Assembly: GCF_009914755.1 (NCBI RefSeq) | Contig: NC_060941.1 | Strand: one strand, 5' to 3' | Origin: the human T2T-CHM13v2.0 reference genome, Homo sapiens | DNA length: 64,000 bases | Shown: positions 47,996-64,000 of the stretch, piece after piece | Layout of the letters: every line of letters starts with the position of its first letter | How positions within the stretch are numbered: the stretch's first letter is position 1 | Notes under the pieces: model-generated | What the model saw: the letters and a program-made list of their open reading frames with translations, nothing else | Told to the model about the DNA's origin: nothing | Database searches by the model: none | Position numbers and translations under genes: made by a program

Positions 47996-50545
47996 CAGGG
48001 GTCTGTCCACAAACTATATAGCCTGAAGGCCAAATCCAACCCAATGCCTGTTTTTGTACGGCTCATTTTTAAATGGTTGGGGAAAAAACTTAAAAGACTA
48101 TTTCATGATATGTAAAAATGATATGAAATTCGAACTTCAACATCCATAAATAAAAATGCACTGGAACACAGCCACGCTCACCTGTTGGTGTATCGTCTAT
48201 GGGAACTTCCAGGCTACAACAGCAGAGGTGAGGAGTGGAGACTGAGGCAGTGTGTTGCACTCTCATGACTCTGCACCACTGCTTGGTGCACCACAAACTG
48301 CAGTGACACAGTTATAACTTGAAAATATTCCAAGTGTCACCAGTATTGCCACACCATGACATTAAAAAAAAAAAAAAGGGAGTAAATACACATCCATCCA
48401 AATAAAAAGAAGGCCCTGAATACCACACTTTTAAGGCACAGTAGGATGTAAATAATTTTGCTATCAAATTCCATGGTAAAGCATTATTTATTATGCAATG
48501 ACACTATAGCTATGCTAGAAGAATACAATGTATGCCAACATTTACAGACTAAGCTTTCTTCAATCCTCCCAACCCACAGAAAAGCAACGGTCATAAAACA
48601 AAAACAAAACACATGCAAAATTTTAAAATGGAATAGCTTATCACTGCAGAATTTCTTCACCAAAACAAAAAATGAAATGAGACTGCAACCAAAGTATTTT
48701 CAAGTTTTCAAAGTTTTTGTTAGACAAGCAAGGAATGCCATTTACCAAGTGAGTGAGTAACTCATGTTTGATTGTAACAGCTGAAGAAATATGGCCAGAG
48801 AAAGTAACCTTGTTTAAGACTATTAGCCTTTCAGTGAGAGCAGTTGCTCAGAGTTGAGGACACTCGGAACAACCATCAACTGTCAATTAAGAAACATGGC
48901 AAATTATTTCAGTGGTTTTCCCTGGCTCTTGCTGAGTTTATTACCACAATGCTCAGTTGTTGTTTACTTAGGGAATCAATGCCAAGTTTGAAGTGACTGA
49001 AGAACCAGCCTGTATGAACAGTCCATGTGGAAGAGCTACGTGTGAGAGTATTTTCAGAGAAGCTGAGAAAACACTAAATGAGTACAGCCTAAACTGGAAT
49101 ATGCTAGGCTGTGTTACAACTGATGGTGGTAAAAATGCGTGGAACAGAAAGGGGGTCAAACATGCAAAACCTGTGTAAGGGTTACTCACTGCATTACTCA
49201 TGAGCATGTACCTTGTGGGAAACACATGAATCTATTGTGCTCATGAACGAGTAATGTCAGTGATGAATTTAACACGCTCCTGTGAACCTGACCATCAGCA
49301 GGTCATGAGTTTCTGTCAGAAACAAAAAGTGAAAATTCTGACACAGTTCGATGTCTTAGCAGCGCTAAAGTTTTACTGACTTTTTTCTGAGCACAGGGAT
49401 GGAACTGATTTCTTTTCCTGAACAAGAACTACCCTTAACCACTATTGTTGAACGCTGAATGGTTTCGGAAATTAGCCTTAGGGCAGACTTGATTTGATTT
49501 CTGAATGAATTCAACCTAAAATTACAAGGCAAAACGGCACTGTTGGTGAAACTTACACTCTGGTAAAGTCATTTCGACAGCTAGCATAGTTTTAATCAAA
49601 ACAATGTCAAACTGCTTTATATACTTTCTTTGCTGTCAAAAGTTAAAACAAAAAGTGAGACTTCCATTCCCATACAAATTTCCAGTGGACATAATATTTC
49701 TAAACTCTAACTACAGTTCCAACAGCATCTTTCAGACCCCTATGTAAGTGCAAAGGAAATTTCCATATTTCAAAATCCATTTAACTACGCAAATGAAGAG
49801 CTTCTACCTAACCTTCAAGTGGTTAATCTGCAATGTAATGACATGCTAAGAGGCAAACACTGAGAAGAATCTAACAGGATTCTGTAAGTATCTCTCAAGC
49901 ACTGACTATGCTCAATAAAAATCATATGCTATGGCTGGCACGGTGGCTCACACTGTAATCCCAGCACTTTGGGAGGACGCCAAAGCGGGAGGATTGCTTG
50001 AGCCCAGGAGTTTAAAACCCACCTAGGCAACATACTGAGACTCATCTCTACAAAAAGTTAAAAAATTAGCTGGGTGTGGTGGCATGTGCCTGTAGTCCCA
50101 ACTACTAGGGAGGGTGAGGTAGGATCATCACCTGAGCCCGGGGGTTGAGGCTGCAATGAGCTGTGATCATGGCACTGCACTCCAGCCTGGGCGACAGAGC
50201 AAGACCTTCTCCAAAAAATAAAAAATCATATGCTCATTTGGTAGTATCTGTGTGAAAATATATTTTCAAGGATGAAATGTGTAAAATCTCATTACAGATC
50301 AGAATGGAGGAATATTTGCAACTGACTCTGACAAAAAAATGCTAAAACATTGAATCCCAATAAACAAAATGTTATTCCAAAAGAATCCAATTTTTTTCAC
50401 ATTCGTAGCCACAAAAACTTGCACACAAGTTTATATTTTTAATCTCATCAATAAAACTTTTTATATAAATACCTACATAATGCCCTTGATTTCTTCCCTT
50501 GGCACGCAGTGCCTAAAATATTATACTATCTGACCCTTTACACAT
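47996..50545 (+). mobile_element. Near full-length Cheshire/MER58-type hAT-Charlie DNA transposon fossil, interrupted by an Alu (49933-50220)
   Basis: MER58-like ends (CAGGGG..GGCCAAATCCAACCC..CCTGTTTTTGTA; CCTAAAATATT..CTATCTGACCCTTTACA). Transposase remnants LLCNDTIAMLEEYNVCQH and LNWNMLGCVTTDGG. The Alu has TSD AAAAATCATATGCT (49917-49930 / 50221-50234). Confidence 0.82.
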
Positions 50546-50553
50546 TTCTAGAC

Positions 50554-50700
50554 CAATGATACTTAATCCTGGTAATCTATCAGAATTACCTAATGTGCTT
50601 ATTAAAAATACAGATTCCCAGGTCTCCAAACAAATCCACCCAATCAAAATCTTAGCAAGTTCCGAGAGAAGTGATTCTGATGTAGCCAGCCCTCGCATTA
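50554..50700. mobile_element. MER5-like hAT fragment
   Basis: ATCAGAATTACCT..TTATTAAAAATACAGATTCCCAGG..GTGATTCTGATG. Confidence 0.6.
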
Positions 50701-51025
50701 CTTCAAATCTGGATATATATTTTACTCAAAACTAGATTTCGTATTAATTTCATCTTTTAGGATCAATTACACAAAATCTGTTTTTAAAGTCTAAAAATGC
50801 CAAGATAAGAAATTTAGTTTAGTTTTATCTTACTGTACAAGTGGGCTTGTTTTTTGTTTTCTTGAGATAGGGTCTCAACTCTGGTTATCCAGGCTGGAGT
50901 ACAGTGGCACAATGTAGCCACTGTCGAGGCTCACTGTAGCCTTGACCACCCGGGCTCAGGTGATTCTCCCACTTCAGCCTCCAGCGTAGGTGGGATTACA
51001 GGCACTTGCTACCATGCCTGGCTAA

Positions 51026-51160
<135 letters not shown>

Positions 51161-52693
51161 TAAAAGTGGATTTCAAGCAGTATTTGCATTCTTCATAATT
51201 CACCACGTCTCACAAGAAACTATCAGGCCTTCTTTTGGGATATCTGAATCATAAACAATAAAATTAAGTCTATATATAGCTTCCTCTTTTAAAAAAACTT
51301 ATTTGACAATTCTGACAAGCTTTATTTCCTACTGTACTACAGTTCTAGCTGCCTACTTGTCTATACCCCTAGAGCCTATTTTCAAATGTTCACCATAGTC
51401 CACAGCTTTCAAGCTAACTCAGATTTTGTGGTTAAAAATTAATGGACCTGATACTCCAGATGTAACATTACTGAACGTGCTGAGAAGCGCGGATGGGAAA
51501 AGTTATCGTTAAGTGCTACTTATATTTTAGCAATAGGACTCTAAGGAACTTGAAACCTCAATTAAACTTACAAAATTAATTTGCTTCTATAATAGACACC
51601 TAAACATTGCATGATAGGTAACTAAGCAATTAAAAATGCTTAATAGGCAGCACTCCCTGGCCAGGTTCAGTGGCTCAATGCCTGTAATCCCAGCACTTTG
51701 GGAGGCTAAAGAGCAAGGATCGCCTGAGCCCAGGAGTTCGAGACCCAGCCTAGAACACATAGAGAGATCCCATCTCTACAAAAAAAAAAAAAAAAATTAG
51801 CCGGGTGTGGTGGTGCACGCCTGTGGTCCCAGCTATTTGGGAGGCTGAGGTGGGAGGATCACTTGAGCCTAGGAGTTCAAGACTGCAGTGAGCCACGACT
51901 AAGCAGCAGCACTCTCCATCGTTTTACGTGGTAAACAGGTAAAAAAACTGCACTATGATGAAAACAGCAGATAAGACACAACAAAAAAAATTATAAGTAA
52001 TGTATAAGGTTTTAATTTTCAGAGTTAAAATGAGAGGCCTACTCTGCCAAACATTACTATGATTTTATATATTAGTTAATCATCACTAAAAACCCAAAAA
52101 CTATACAATTTTCTATATTTTATACTCCCAAAATAAGACCAAATCACTACTCTCCACCAAAATAAAAAAAAAAAACCATAAGACAACACAAAAATCACAT
52201 CCAACCCTTAAACAAACCTCAAATCCTTCAAATCAAGACTACACTATCCCTCTGAGTCAGGTCAGAGTCCCAATACCAACATAATTGACAAATACAATTT
52301 ATCACTTTATCATCTGATCCCCAAAGGGAATGATGATCTATAGTTATATCAGGAAGCCATGACTAGAAAATACTCTATGGCTTAGATGTAAGACTTTCCA
52401 TTAAAAACAAAAACAAAACAGTACTCATTTTCACAAATCATAAGCCAAGTTTATATAGGCTGTAAAATAAAGCCGTTTCCAAAGTAAGTATAATTAAAGA
52501 AATAATTTTTTGCCAAATGAATCTTACACTAAAGAATCACAAATTCATCAAAAAATATGAAGCAGAGGGGGTTCATTAAAATACAGAACTTCTAGATCAT
52601 TCAAGATCTAATATAGTATGAACCCCCTTTTAAGAAAATTGCATAGAAAATGAGATTACAAGGAAACTCATCAAAATGTAACAGTGGTTATAA

Positions 52694-53062
<369 letters not shown>

Positions 53063-53770
53063 TCACTACTTTCTGAAGCAGAAGGAAAGAAACCATTTTA
53101 TGAAAATCTAGTTTACTGACTTCCTAATAATTTTTCTACAATTCTGATCTTAACACTAGCACTTTTGTGTCCTTTCTCTTGCCTCAGAAATCCAAAGTGC
53201 ACCTGTCTTTCTCAAATCATCCAGATTTATTTATATAGTAAAGCCAAATTCCCACCTCACACCCCTCCCCCGCCTTTTTTTTTTTTTTTAAAGAGATAGG
53301 TTTTCACTATGTTTCCCAGGCTGGTCTCAAATTCCTAGGCTCAAGCAGTCCTCCTGCCTCAGCCTTCCAAGTAGCTGGGATTACAGGCGTACCACCACAA
53401 GCAGCCACTGGGGGCCCTTTAAAAATCTAAGAAAACCTTTTGCTTAAATTTCCATAGTGGTTTTATCAGCACCTCCTATGGCATGAGTCATTTTCTACCT
53501 CATATGCAATCATCTGTGTACTTGTTTTATTTCCTTTTCTACAATGTATTGTTCCTGGGGACAGTTTTTGCCTTCTTAGTCACTGTATCCCTCTAAATAT
53601 TTGCATATAGTGTTAAATAATATATATGTTTGAAAAAAGTGAGTATCACAGAATTGGACTCTCTTTGAAACTAGGAACACTGACATGCTAATTTCTCCTT
53701 TACAACAAAAGGCTTTCCTAAGAATGATGGGAGAGGCCAAAACAAAACCAAATATTCAAAACTTCTATCA

Positions 53771-53896
<126 letters not shown>

Positions 53897-54002
53897 CTAC
53901 TAAAAGTACAAACATTAGGCTGGGCACGGTGGCTCACGCCTGTAATCCCAGTACTCTGGGAGGCCGAGGTGGGCGGATCACGAGGTCAGGAGATCGAGCT
54001 CA

Positions 54003-54248
<246 letters not shown>

Positions 54249-56676
54249 TCAGCTACTTGGGAGGGAGGTTGAGGCAGGAGAACTGCTTGAATCCGGGAGG
54301 CAGAGGTTGCAGTGAGTTGAGATCACGCCACTGCACTCCAACCTGAGCGACAGAGTGAGGCTGTCTCCAAAAAAAAAAAAAAAAAAAATACCACCTACCA
54401 TATAAGGAAGAAAGTGGAAAAAAAAAACCCACTTCACAGGTGATTCTTAAGGTTGCTCATCATCTACTTGCAAGAACCACTGTAATTATAATTTTCCTAA
54501 ATGGTAGCAGTTGCCTCTTGTAATTAGCTCACTGGTACTTAGGGCATTTCATGAAATACTTGAGCCTAAGAAGACTGTTTCATGTGTCATGAGAGGTATG
54601 ACTGCAGATCACTTGTCTTGGCCTCAACACTAGGATGATAGCGCCACAACCTTAAGCAACTTTCAGGTCACCAAGAAAGATGAAAGTCAAGGAATACAGA
54701 TCAAACTATCTCTAATTCCTGCCTCCCTACTTTACTCTTCAGCTCCACACCACCTTCTTCTTCCAATCTGCAGCCTCCACTTCCCCCACCTACACACCTT
54801 CCAGAGAGCTACAGCCTCTACATGCAGTCTCTAGAATCTAGCCTTCCCCAAGTAGGTGACAGTTTCCTTAAAGAGGAATACTATGGATTTTGTTTCTTAA
54901 AAAGGAGGTAGAAACAAAAAGAAAAAGAAAAAGAAAAAAAAAGGAGGCAGAGTTACTGATATAATACTGAGAAGTTCACCTGAATGAGAAACATAAGGAT
55001 GTTGGGAAAAACTTGGTGAACACTGAAGGATCAAGGATACTGTTCAGTTGTGCTGCTGAGTCAAAAAGTATTTACCAAGAACTACCTAAAACAGGAGAAA
55101 TATAATAGTATCTGATAAAATGCTGAATTAGCTATGCAGTTAGCATGTCTCGTGTTTGAAGTCTCCAGCTAGTCCCAACTGACTATCTCCAACATTATCT
55201 CCTACTTTTCCCTATGAAACAAGCTCCATGCTCATCTCCCCATGCTTCTGGAAAATTCTGTGCATATTCCTACCTCCTCTGCCTAACACCATTTCCCCCA
55301 CACGCCTCTGCTTCCACCTCTCCTTCTGGGGTTCTTACTATTATACAGGGAGCAAAGATAAATTTTAAGTTGGAAGACAGCTTGGAGAACAAGTAACCTT
55401 ATGCTCCATTTTACAGATGAGAAGCCTAAGGGTCAGGGAAGTTAGGTGGCTTAGCCAACAAAACTGTTTCAGTGGCAGAACCAAGAATTTAATGTATCCT
55501 GATTCTTATTTTTCCCCTACCTCCACTGCAACTTCCCAACTCTCGGTAATCATACTCTTCACTCAATATCTTTTGCACTTACGGTTTTATACCACTCATG
55601 GCACTTCTTTATTTTTATATGTAGTCCTACATGTCAAATTTAGACTCAAAATCTCTTTGCTACACCTCCCTGTATCCTAGGATAGCAATTTTACCCTGTA
55701 CAGAGCAATAGCTACATAAACATCTGTTGAATTTTTTGTATTATAACTTCCCCTTTATGACATCCTGTTTCCATCTTATTATTTCTACAAATGTCAGAGT
55801 TGTCACAAGCATAATACATTGAACGGGAAGGTTTTTTTTTTTAAAGGCAACTTTCTGCCACTAAATTCCACTTGTTTATAAATGTAAATGCTAAAGACAG
55901 AAAAGAGATCAACTCAAATGTACATGGCAAAGATCTTCAGTGGCATAAAGTGCGTGACTCTTTTCAGTAAGTCTGAATGCTTTGAAGAGCACTGTAGGCA
56001 GTGGTACGGGAAGATGCTAAGACAAAATGGGAAGCTCCTACTCCATGTAAGTAACCACTCAGTGTTAACATCAATCAAAAAGACATCCCATAAAAGTGAT
56101 AAAGTATCCTGGTAGTTCGAAGAGAATAATATAAAGATAGAATTTGGAAGGAGCAAAGATGATGACAAATCTTCCTAACTGCTTTTTCTCTGAGCAGATT
56201 TAGAAACTTTCAGAATATTTATAATCCTGAAGTTTCAGCAGATCCAAATTCAAAGTAATGACCAAGCAGGGCTATTAACTACTCCAAGACTAGATCTCCA
56301 GATGCTGGTGAAGAATCACAGATCATGCAGAATTTGAAAGGTTTGTTTTTGTCATAGATAGTATATGTTCTAATGATTAATACCGGAAATCTGACAAAGG
56401 TCAAATTCTGATAATGAGAATGTTAGGTAATAATATGCATCACACATGTAATTAACTTCATTTTACTGGATTTTATAGACTATAATGAAGGTCAGAAGAC
56501 TATCACACTCAAGTAGGCTATTCAAAAGTTTGTTTGCTACTAAAATAAAACATCACTGCTTAATCTTGTAAAATGTCCAGAATTTAATTGCAGGCCAATT
56601 AAGAATGTACGTAAATGGCAGAAATTTCACTTTGAAAAAAACAAGCCAACTATAAAGGACAAAATAAAGTGAATTA

Positions 56677-56814
<138 letters not shown>

Positions 56815-57084
56815 TTAAAAAAGTACCCAATTTTTATGTGTTGAGATCTCTTTAGTTATGAGGCTAACATCACCTGCAAGTGTCTTTTAAAAGTAAACAA
56901 CTCAAAAAATATTGAAAGTAAAAGAAAATCTATATTACCAAGATAATTAAGTAGAGTTTCTTCTGAAACCTAAGTATACATGTGATTCCAAAAATGAAAG
57001 TATAATTCAAAGTTAATATCCAGTTTTTCTTTATAGAGAACCAACCAAGTGCTATAAAGAGCAGAACATCTTAATTACTAGCAT

Positions 57085-57357
57085 ACACAGCCTACTACAT
57101 ACCTCGGCTATATGGCATGGCCTATTGCTTCTAGGCTACAAAGCTGTACAGCACGTTACTGTACTGAATAGGGTAGGCAGCTGTAATACAATGGTAAGTA
57201 TTCGTGTATCTAAACATAGGAAAGGTACAGTAAAGATATACTACAAAAGATTTTAAAAATGCTACACCTGTATAGGGCAGCTCCCTTATCATCTTACAGG
57301 GCCGCCATTTTATATGCAGTCAGTCCTTGACCAAAACATCTTCCTGGCACACGACTG
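57085..57357 (-). mobile_element. Tigger3/MER7-type TcMar DNA transposon fragment
   Basis: Reverse complement of CAGTC(G)TG..GGTCAA..GAGCTGCCCTATACAGGTGTA..TTTAGATACAC..ACCATTGT..TTCAGTACAGTAAC..GTAGCCTAG, next to a TA target dinucleotide. Confidence 0.8.
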
Positions 57358-57828
57358 TAAATGTCTGTGTTCTAAAATAGCTAAGCCCAATGGTTTAAAT
57401 GGTTTACACACTTCCCATGCATATATAAGTCCTTTGTTGTGCAAGTTTGGAACATTTCAAAGAGGAAAAAGAATCAAGTGATATCAGAGAAAACTGGAAA
57501 TCTAAGTTTATTCATACTTAATCACAACTGTGAGTTACTTTTATTATCGTAAGGTTTTTATATACCTATAATATACTTTTAATTTCCATCAGTGTTATAA
57601 TCCCAAAACAAATCCAGGTCAAAATGTTTTCTAAATATTTATTAGGCAGGACTCATTAAGCATATGCTTGGGGAAAGCTATTCAATAGCAAACTTATTAA
57701 CTTGCTTTTAAAAGAGACCTAAGAGTTGGGCATGGTGGTGCATGCCTCTAATTCCAGCTACTCAGGAGGCTGAGGTGAGGTAGGGGGTACTATTGAGCCC
57801 AGGAGTTCTACACCAACCCGGACAACAT

Positions 57829-57932
<104 letters not shown>

Positions 57933-58886
57933 AAAGAGACCTAGATATAGGCTTTTATCAATAATTCGCATATGTATACACTAATAATTTCAGTCCTGGA
58001 AACATCTTGATAAAGTCATATATAAATAAGGAGCTGTTCATTGTAACAGTAGGCTTATAATGAAGTCTATTCAGAAGCCATTCCATCTAGCATGTACTTA
58101 CATAAAGTTTTCAGCAACAATTAAATGCCAAACATAAATAGATACAAAATGGAAAACTCTGGGGTTAAGGCTGGTTAATCAACCAAGACTTTTCGATTCA
58201 ACCCGAGGATATGGCTAGTAAAAAGACAGAAGGTAATATTTATTAGTACTTACACTCAATTTCCCACCCTATCTGTCCTTTCTCTCTCGTCTCTCCACAT
58301 ATTAACATAAAAATATGAAATATACCATGAGATTGTTCTGCCCACACTATCTGAAATCTATTACATGCAATTCCTTAAAGACAGTAAATACAAAACCAGG
58401 CCTGATTACATTTTAAGTTTATTCACAGCTTTGAAAATGATTTTAAAGTTAAAAAATCTTGGAACCATCCTATTTCAAACATTTGAAATATACTACCTCT
58501 TATCCTAGGTCTTTCTCCCTTTAATTTTTATTTCAAATTAAGTGTGATAAAGAATGACTTGAGAAGGTCTTCCCAGTCCAAAGGCTGGCTTTACATACAG
58601 CATACAAAACTCTCCTCCTGGTTCTCAGAGCTTACCATGGACCAGTTTCACTTCTTTTATTTAATGCCTTTCCAACATTTTCATTTTGCTTGGTTGTCAC
58701 AAGGGACCTATTCTATTGGTCTTTATCTTTGATATTGCCTTTTCTGCCCCATGGCTTTCTCTATGACTTCATTTTTCTCTGGAAAAAAACACAGTATTAG
58801 GCTGGGTGCGGCGGCTCATGTCTGTAATCCCAGCACTTTGGGAGGCTGAGATGGGTGGATCACCTGAGGTCAGGAGTTCTACACTA

Positions 58887-59078
<192 letters not shown>

Positions 59079-59766
59079 TTAAAAAAAAAAAAAAATCACA
59101 GTACTTGATGTGATGTATAGGATATGTTTTCAATGAGGGTAATACTGTCATTGTTATCATTAGAGCATAGTTAGGCTGGACACACTGGCTGACACCTGTA
59201 ATCCCAATGCTTTGGGAGGCCAAGGTGGGAGGATCGTTTGAGCCCAGGAGTTCGAGACCAGCCTGGGCAACAAAGCAAGACCCCATCTCTAAAAAAAAAA
59301 GAAGAAATCAGCTGGGTGTGGGTGTGTGGTAGACCTGTAGTCCAGCTACTAGGAGGCTGAAGCAGAAGGATTGCCTGAGCCCAGATGTGCAAGGCCATAG
59401 TGAGCTATGATTGCACCACTGCACTCCAGCCTGGGTGACAAAATGAGACCCTGCCTTTAAAAAAAATAATTAAAAAAAAAAAATTAAAAAAATTACAGCA
59501 TACTCAAAGTACCACCAGTCATGCCTTTCTGTTTAGTTCAGGAGGAGTAAAATGTTCAGTTCATGAGGAACAAAACTTATAGCCGACAAGCCATTTTCCT
59601 TTGCTGTGTAGATACATAAAAATTAAGCAGACTCCAAGTGAATACACAGTTCCAAATTTCTTGCCAGCAATTTCTATGTACATCAGTTAAAATTTTCAAA
59701 AGAGGCCGGGCTTGGTGGCTCACACCTGTGATCCCAACACTTTGGGAGGCCGAGGTGGGCGGATCA

Positions 59767-60039
<273 letters not shown>

Positions 60040-60623
60040 TTACATCATAAACCATTTCAATATTTGAAAATTTCTTTTTCAAACTAAGTATCTTTCCAGA
60101 CCAATGTAAGACAGTCTATAATAGCATAAGTAGAATACTACCTTTATCTCACTTAGATAAGTTATTTCAATGTTTTCTAGCATATAAGCTACAAAAATAA
60201 ACTACTGCACATGAAATAAGAGCTTTTTTGGAAAGAACTTATTACATTATTCTAGAAATTGCCTTTTTCTTGTTGCTGCTCACAAATTAATAAATTCCTC
60301 TTTATATCAAGTTTTTGTGTTGGCCTTATCACCAAAATAATTTAAGGCTAATAATTTTTTTTTTTTTTTGAGATGAAGTCTTTTCCTGCCTCAGCCTCCC
60401 GAGTAGCTGGGACTACAGACACCCGCCACCACGCCCAGCTAATTTTTTGTATTTTTAGTAGAGACGGGGTTTCACCCTGTTAGCCAGGATGGTCTCGATC
60501 TCCTGACCTTGTGATCCACCTGCCTCGGCCTCCCAAAGTGCTGGGATTAAAGGTGTGAGCCACCGTGCCTGGCCCAAGGCTAATAATCTTAATGATCCAA
60601 GTGTTCTAGGAGTATTTCCGTAG

Positions 60624-61056
<433 letters not shown>

Positions 61057-64000
61057 TAACAAAATTAAGTACAAATTTTAAATGTGAGAAAGGAGTTTAA
61101 TACTGCAGAGATGGGTCAGCTCTGACATCATATATATTGCTGATCAGGTAGCAACATGGTAATATTTACCCCATATTTGTTCCATGTTACCATTTAGCAC
61201 CACTATCTTCTGTTGGCTAAAAAAATACATATATAGCGGGAAGAATTTTCCATTTAAATAAAAAATACACATCTATTTCTAAAAAATGCCTTGCTGCTCC
61301 TCTGAGAAAATCACCTCCTCCAGGAAATGCTCATGATGCAACATTAAATGAACAGGATATAAAGTTGTACAGAAAGTACAAACAAGCTTATCTCAACATC
61401 CAATATCGTATTCAAATACTGGAAGGAAATACACCAAAATGTCAGCAGAGATGTCCTGAGGTGGTAGGATAGTGGCTAACTGGATGATATTTTACAATGA
61501 ACCATGTATGTTTTAAAATTTTAAACTTAAAAAAAACAAGCTAATTAAGGTTCTGGAGCCTGTAAGTCATGAACAGACAAACCACTTTCCTACTCTTCAG
61601 TTTTCACATAATGATAACAACAGAAAGCTTAAGAATTCTGAGCCTTGAAAAATCCCTCAAGGTTAAAATACTTTTTTGAAAAGGGCCAATCATATATAAT
61701 CCCATCAGCATATCAAGAAATATTTAGCTTTGTCAGAACTAGAACCCTTCGTTGTTAATTTTTTTTTTTTTTTGGATTCCCAAAAAGCAATGACTTCAAT
61801 TGTTAAAAAGAAAAAAAGTATATGCTGTTTTCCAAAGCAGGACATACTTCCCAAATACAGTTTCAATTCCTCCACTATCTAAAGAGAGGCGCCTATTAGA
61901 GCGCTTCATAATACCCCGAAGTCCTCGTGAACACACTCCAGGTGGAAAATTCTGCTGTGATGATGTGCTAAAAAATACCCTATAACTCAAATATTACACA
62001 ATAATCAACACTAATTAATAAGGTAATTCTACGCCTATGATCACAAAACAGGTGAAAGGAAAACCCAGATGACTTTATTCCCAGTTTAGAGCTCAATCAT
62101 TATCCCAACCAAACTCTCTCCAGAAGAAAATTTCCACACAGCCTATAAGGAGCACTAAATACTTTCCCATCCTTCACAGTCAGGCAGCAAAGCAAGCCAA
62201 CCTGTAAATATTTTCAAAAGCTGATGAATGTGAAAATTAGCTCAAAATGTATGCTGGCACATCAGCTCCTGTTTCCAAGTCCCGATTTGGTCAATTTTGT
62301 TACTAAGGAAGCAATAAAGCAAGGCAGCTGAGTATCAGCCTCGGGCTTTGGAATCCTACAACCCGGAGTCTGAATCTTGGCTCTATCACTAAAACTAGCT
62401 GGGCCAGGCACGGTGGCTCACGCCTGTAATCCCAGCACTTTGGGAGACCAAGGTGGGTGAATTGCTTGAGGCCAGGAGTTTGAGATCAGCCTGGCCAACA
62501 TGGCAAAACCCTGTCTCTATTAAAACTACAAAAATTAGGTGGGTGTTGTGGTGCGTGCCTGTAGTCCCAGCTACTCAGGAAGGTGAGGCATAAGAATCGC
62601 TTGAATCTGCAAGACAGAGGTTGGAGTGAGCCTACATCGTGCCACTGCACTCCAGCCTGGGTGAAAGAGTGAGACTATGTCCCAAATAAATAAATATATA
62701 AATAAATAAAACTAGCTGTGACCTTAGCCTCTATGTGTCCTTCACCTCTGTGGCCATATGCTTTACTTACAAAATGACCAGAACTCGACTACATGCTCTC
62801 TCAGGTCATTTCTAGGTTAATAAAGAGTGATTCTGCACACTCTTGGCAGAACAGCTGCTAGTGCAGTAAATGATCGCACTGATCATTTCATTTGCTCCCC
62901 ACTAGATTGGGAGCCCCCATTAAGGCAGCCAGACAGGCAGTTCACTTGGGTTGCTAGGGCCTAGTCTGGGCCAAGAACATACTAGGGGCAGGTATTCAGT
63001 ACATGTTTGCTGAAGAATGAATGAGTGCAATGTATATAACTGATCAGGTTATTACCCCAACTAAATTGGAAATGATCATAAGTAAAATAATCAAGAATAA
63101 AGTGAAAAACTCTTCTGTATTTGCCTGACCCAGCAGATTAACAATCTTATGAACTAATATTTAATACTTCTGAGACTGAAATTCAAATAAATTGGTTAAT
63201 ATAAATAAAATGTCCTCTCAAACTTTAAAAAGGTCAGAAAAACCACAACTTACTAAGCCAGAGGGTTGAAAGTACTGTAAAAGGGAAAAGAGAACAGTGA
63301 GCTTGACTTCAACTGAATCTTCTCCACTTCCTCGCCTCTCTCTCCTCTTAAGCCCTTCTAGGCTGGCCTCTCCCTCACCAGGGCACCTGCTGCCATAGTC
63401 AGCATATCCAACTTTCCTGTGCCAACATCGATTCTTCCTAGAATTCTTCCTAGACCTCTCAATGGCACAGGACACCACTGACCACTTTTTTCTTCTTGAA
63501 ACACTTTCCTGGCTTCCATGACGTGACATGTGCCTACATTTCTCCTACCTTTCTGGCCACTTCTGCTAGGATCTCCTCCTCTGAACATTCTCAAAAGATG
63601 TAGAGATTTCTCAAGACTCTACTGTCAGACTGAGCACAGTGGCTCACACCTGCAATCCCAACACATTGGGAGGCCGAGAGAGGCAGACTGCTTGAGCCCA
63701 GGAGTTCGAGACCAGCCTAGGCAACATGGAGAGAGACCCAGCCTCTACAAAAATGAAAAAAAAAAAAAAAAAAAAAAAAAAAGACAAAAAGACTCTACCG
63801 TGAGCCTTCATCTCTTCTTTTTACACCCTTTCCCCGAGTAATCATATCAGAAAAATTATACTCAGTAATTATTTCACAGACATTAAATATCTCCTAGATA
63901 CAAACACCTCCTCAATTTCTATCTCTAGCCCCAAACTGTTCTGGATTCAAGACTCATGTATCAAGCTGTCAACCTGGTATCTCCACCCATACATCTCACA

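Noticed and set aside
48458-49178. Domesticated or active transposase gene
   Set aside because: The frames are fragmented by stops and frameshifts, and an Alu interrupts the element.

Overview
Primate, almost certainly human, Alu-rich euchromatin containing the 3' half of GNA13 (G-protein alpha-13) on the minus strand. The GNA13 parts are the distal part of the long intron 2 (44266 to window end), a 51-nt exon 3 (44215-44265), intron 3, and the terminal exon 4. Exon 4 carries CDS 40228-40800 and a ~5-kb Alu-free 3'UTR ending near 35260, with several alternative AAUAAA signals. A CpG-island promoter near 1300-2150 has minus-strand first-exon donors; from recalled gene order next to GNA13 it is probably the 5' end of the duplicated pseudogene AMZ2P1. 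The rest is repeat-dominated: about 55-60 Alu/FLAM copies, MLT1 LTRs, L1 fragments, MIR/L2 remnants and DNA transposons (MER1A, MER53, Tigger3-type, and a near full-length Cheshire-like hAT fossil). Apart from the GNA13 ORF and the transposase remnants, the supplied ORFs are Alu-derived or chance. I see no new multi-gene system. The best leads are regulatory or mutational: 3'UTR polyadenylation/miRNA/Pumilio architecture, candidate poison splice events in GNA13 introns, a miR-1302-like MER53 hairpin complementary to the GNA13 3'UTR, an ancient templated insertion, and an internally expanded Alu. Repeat boundaries are read by eye and are approximate.
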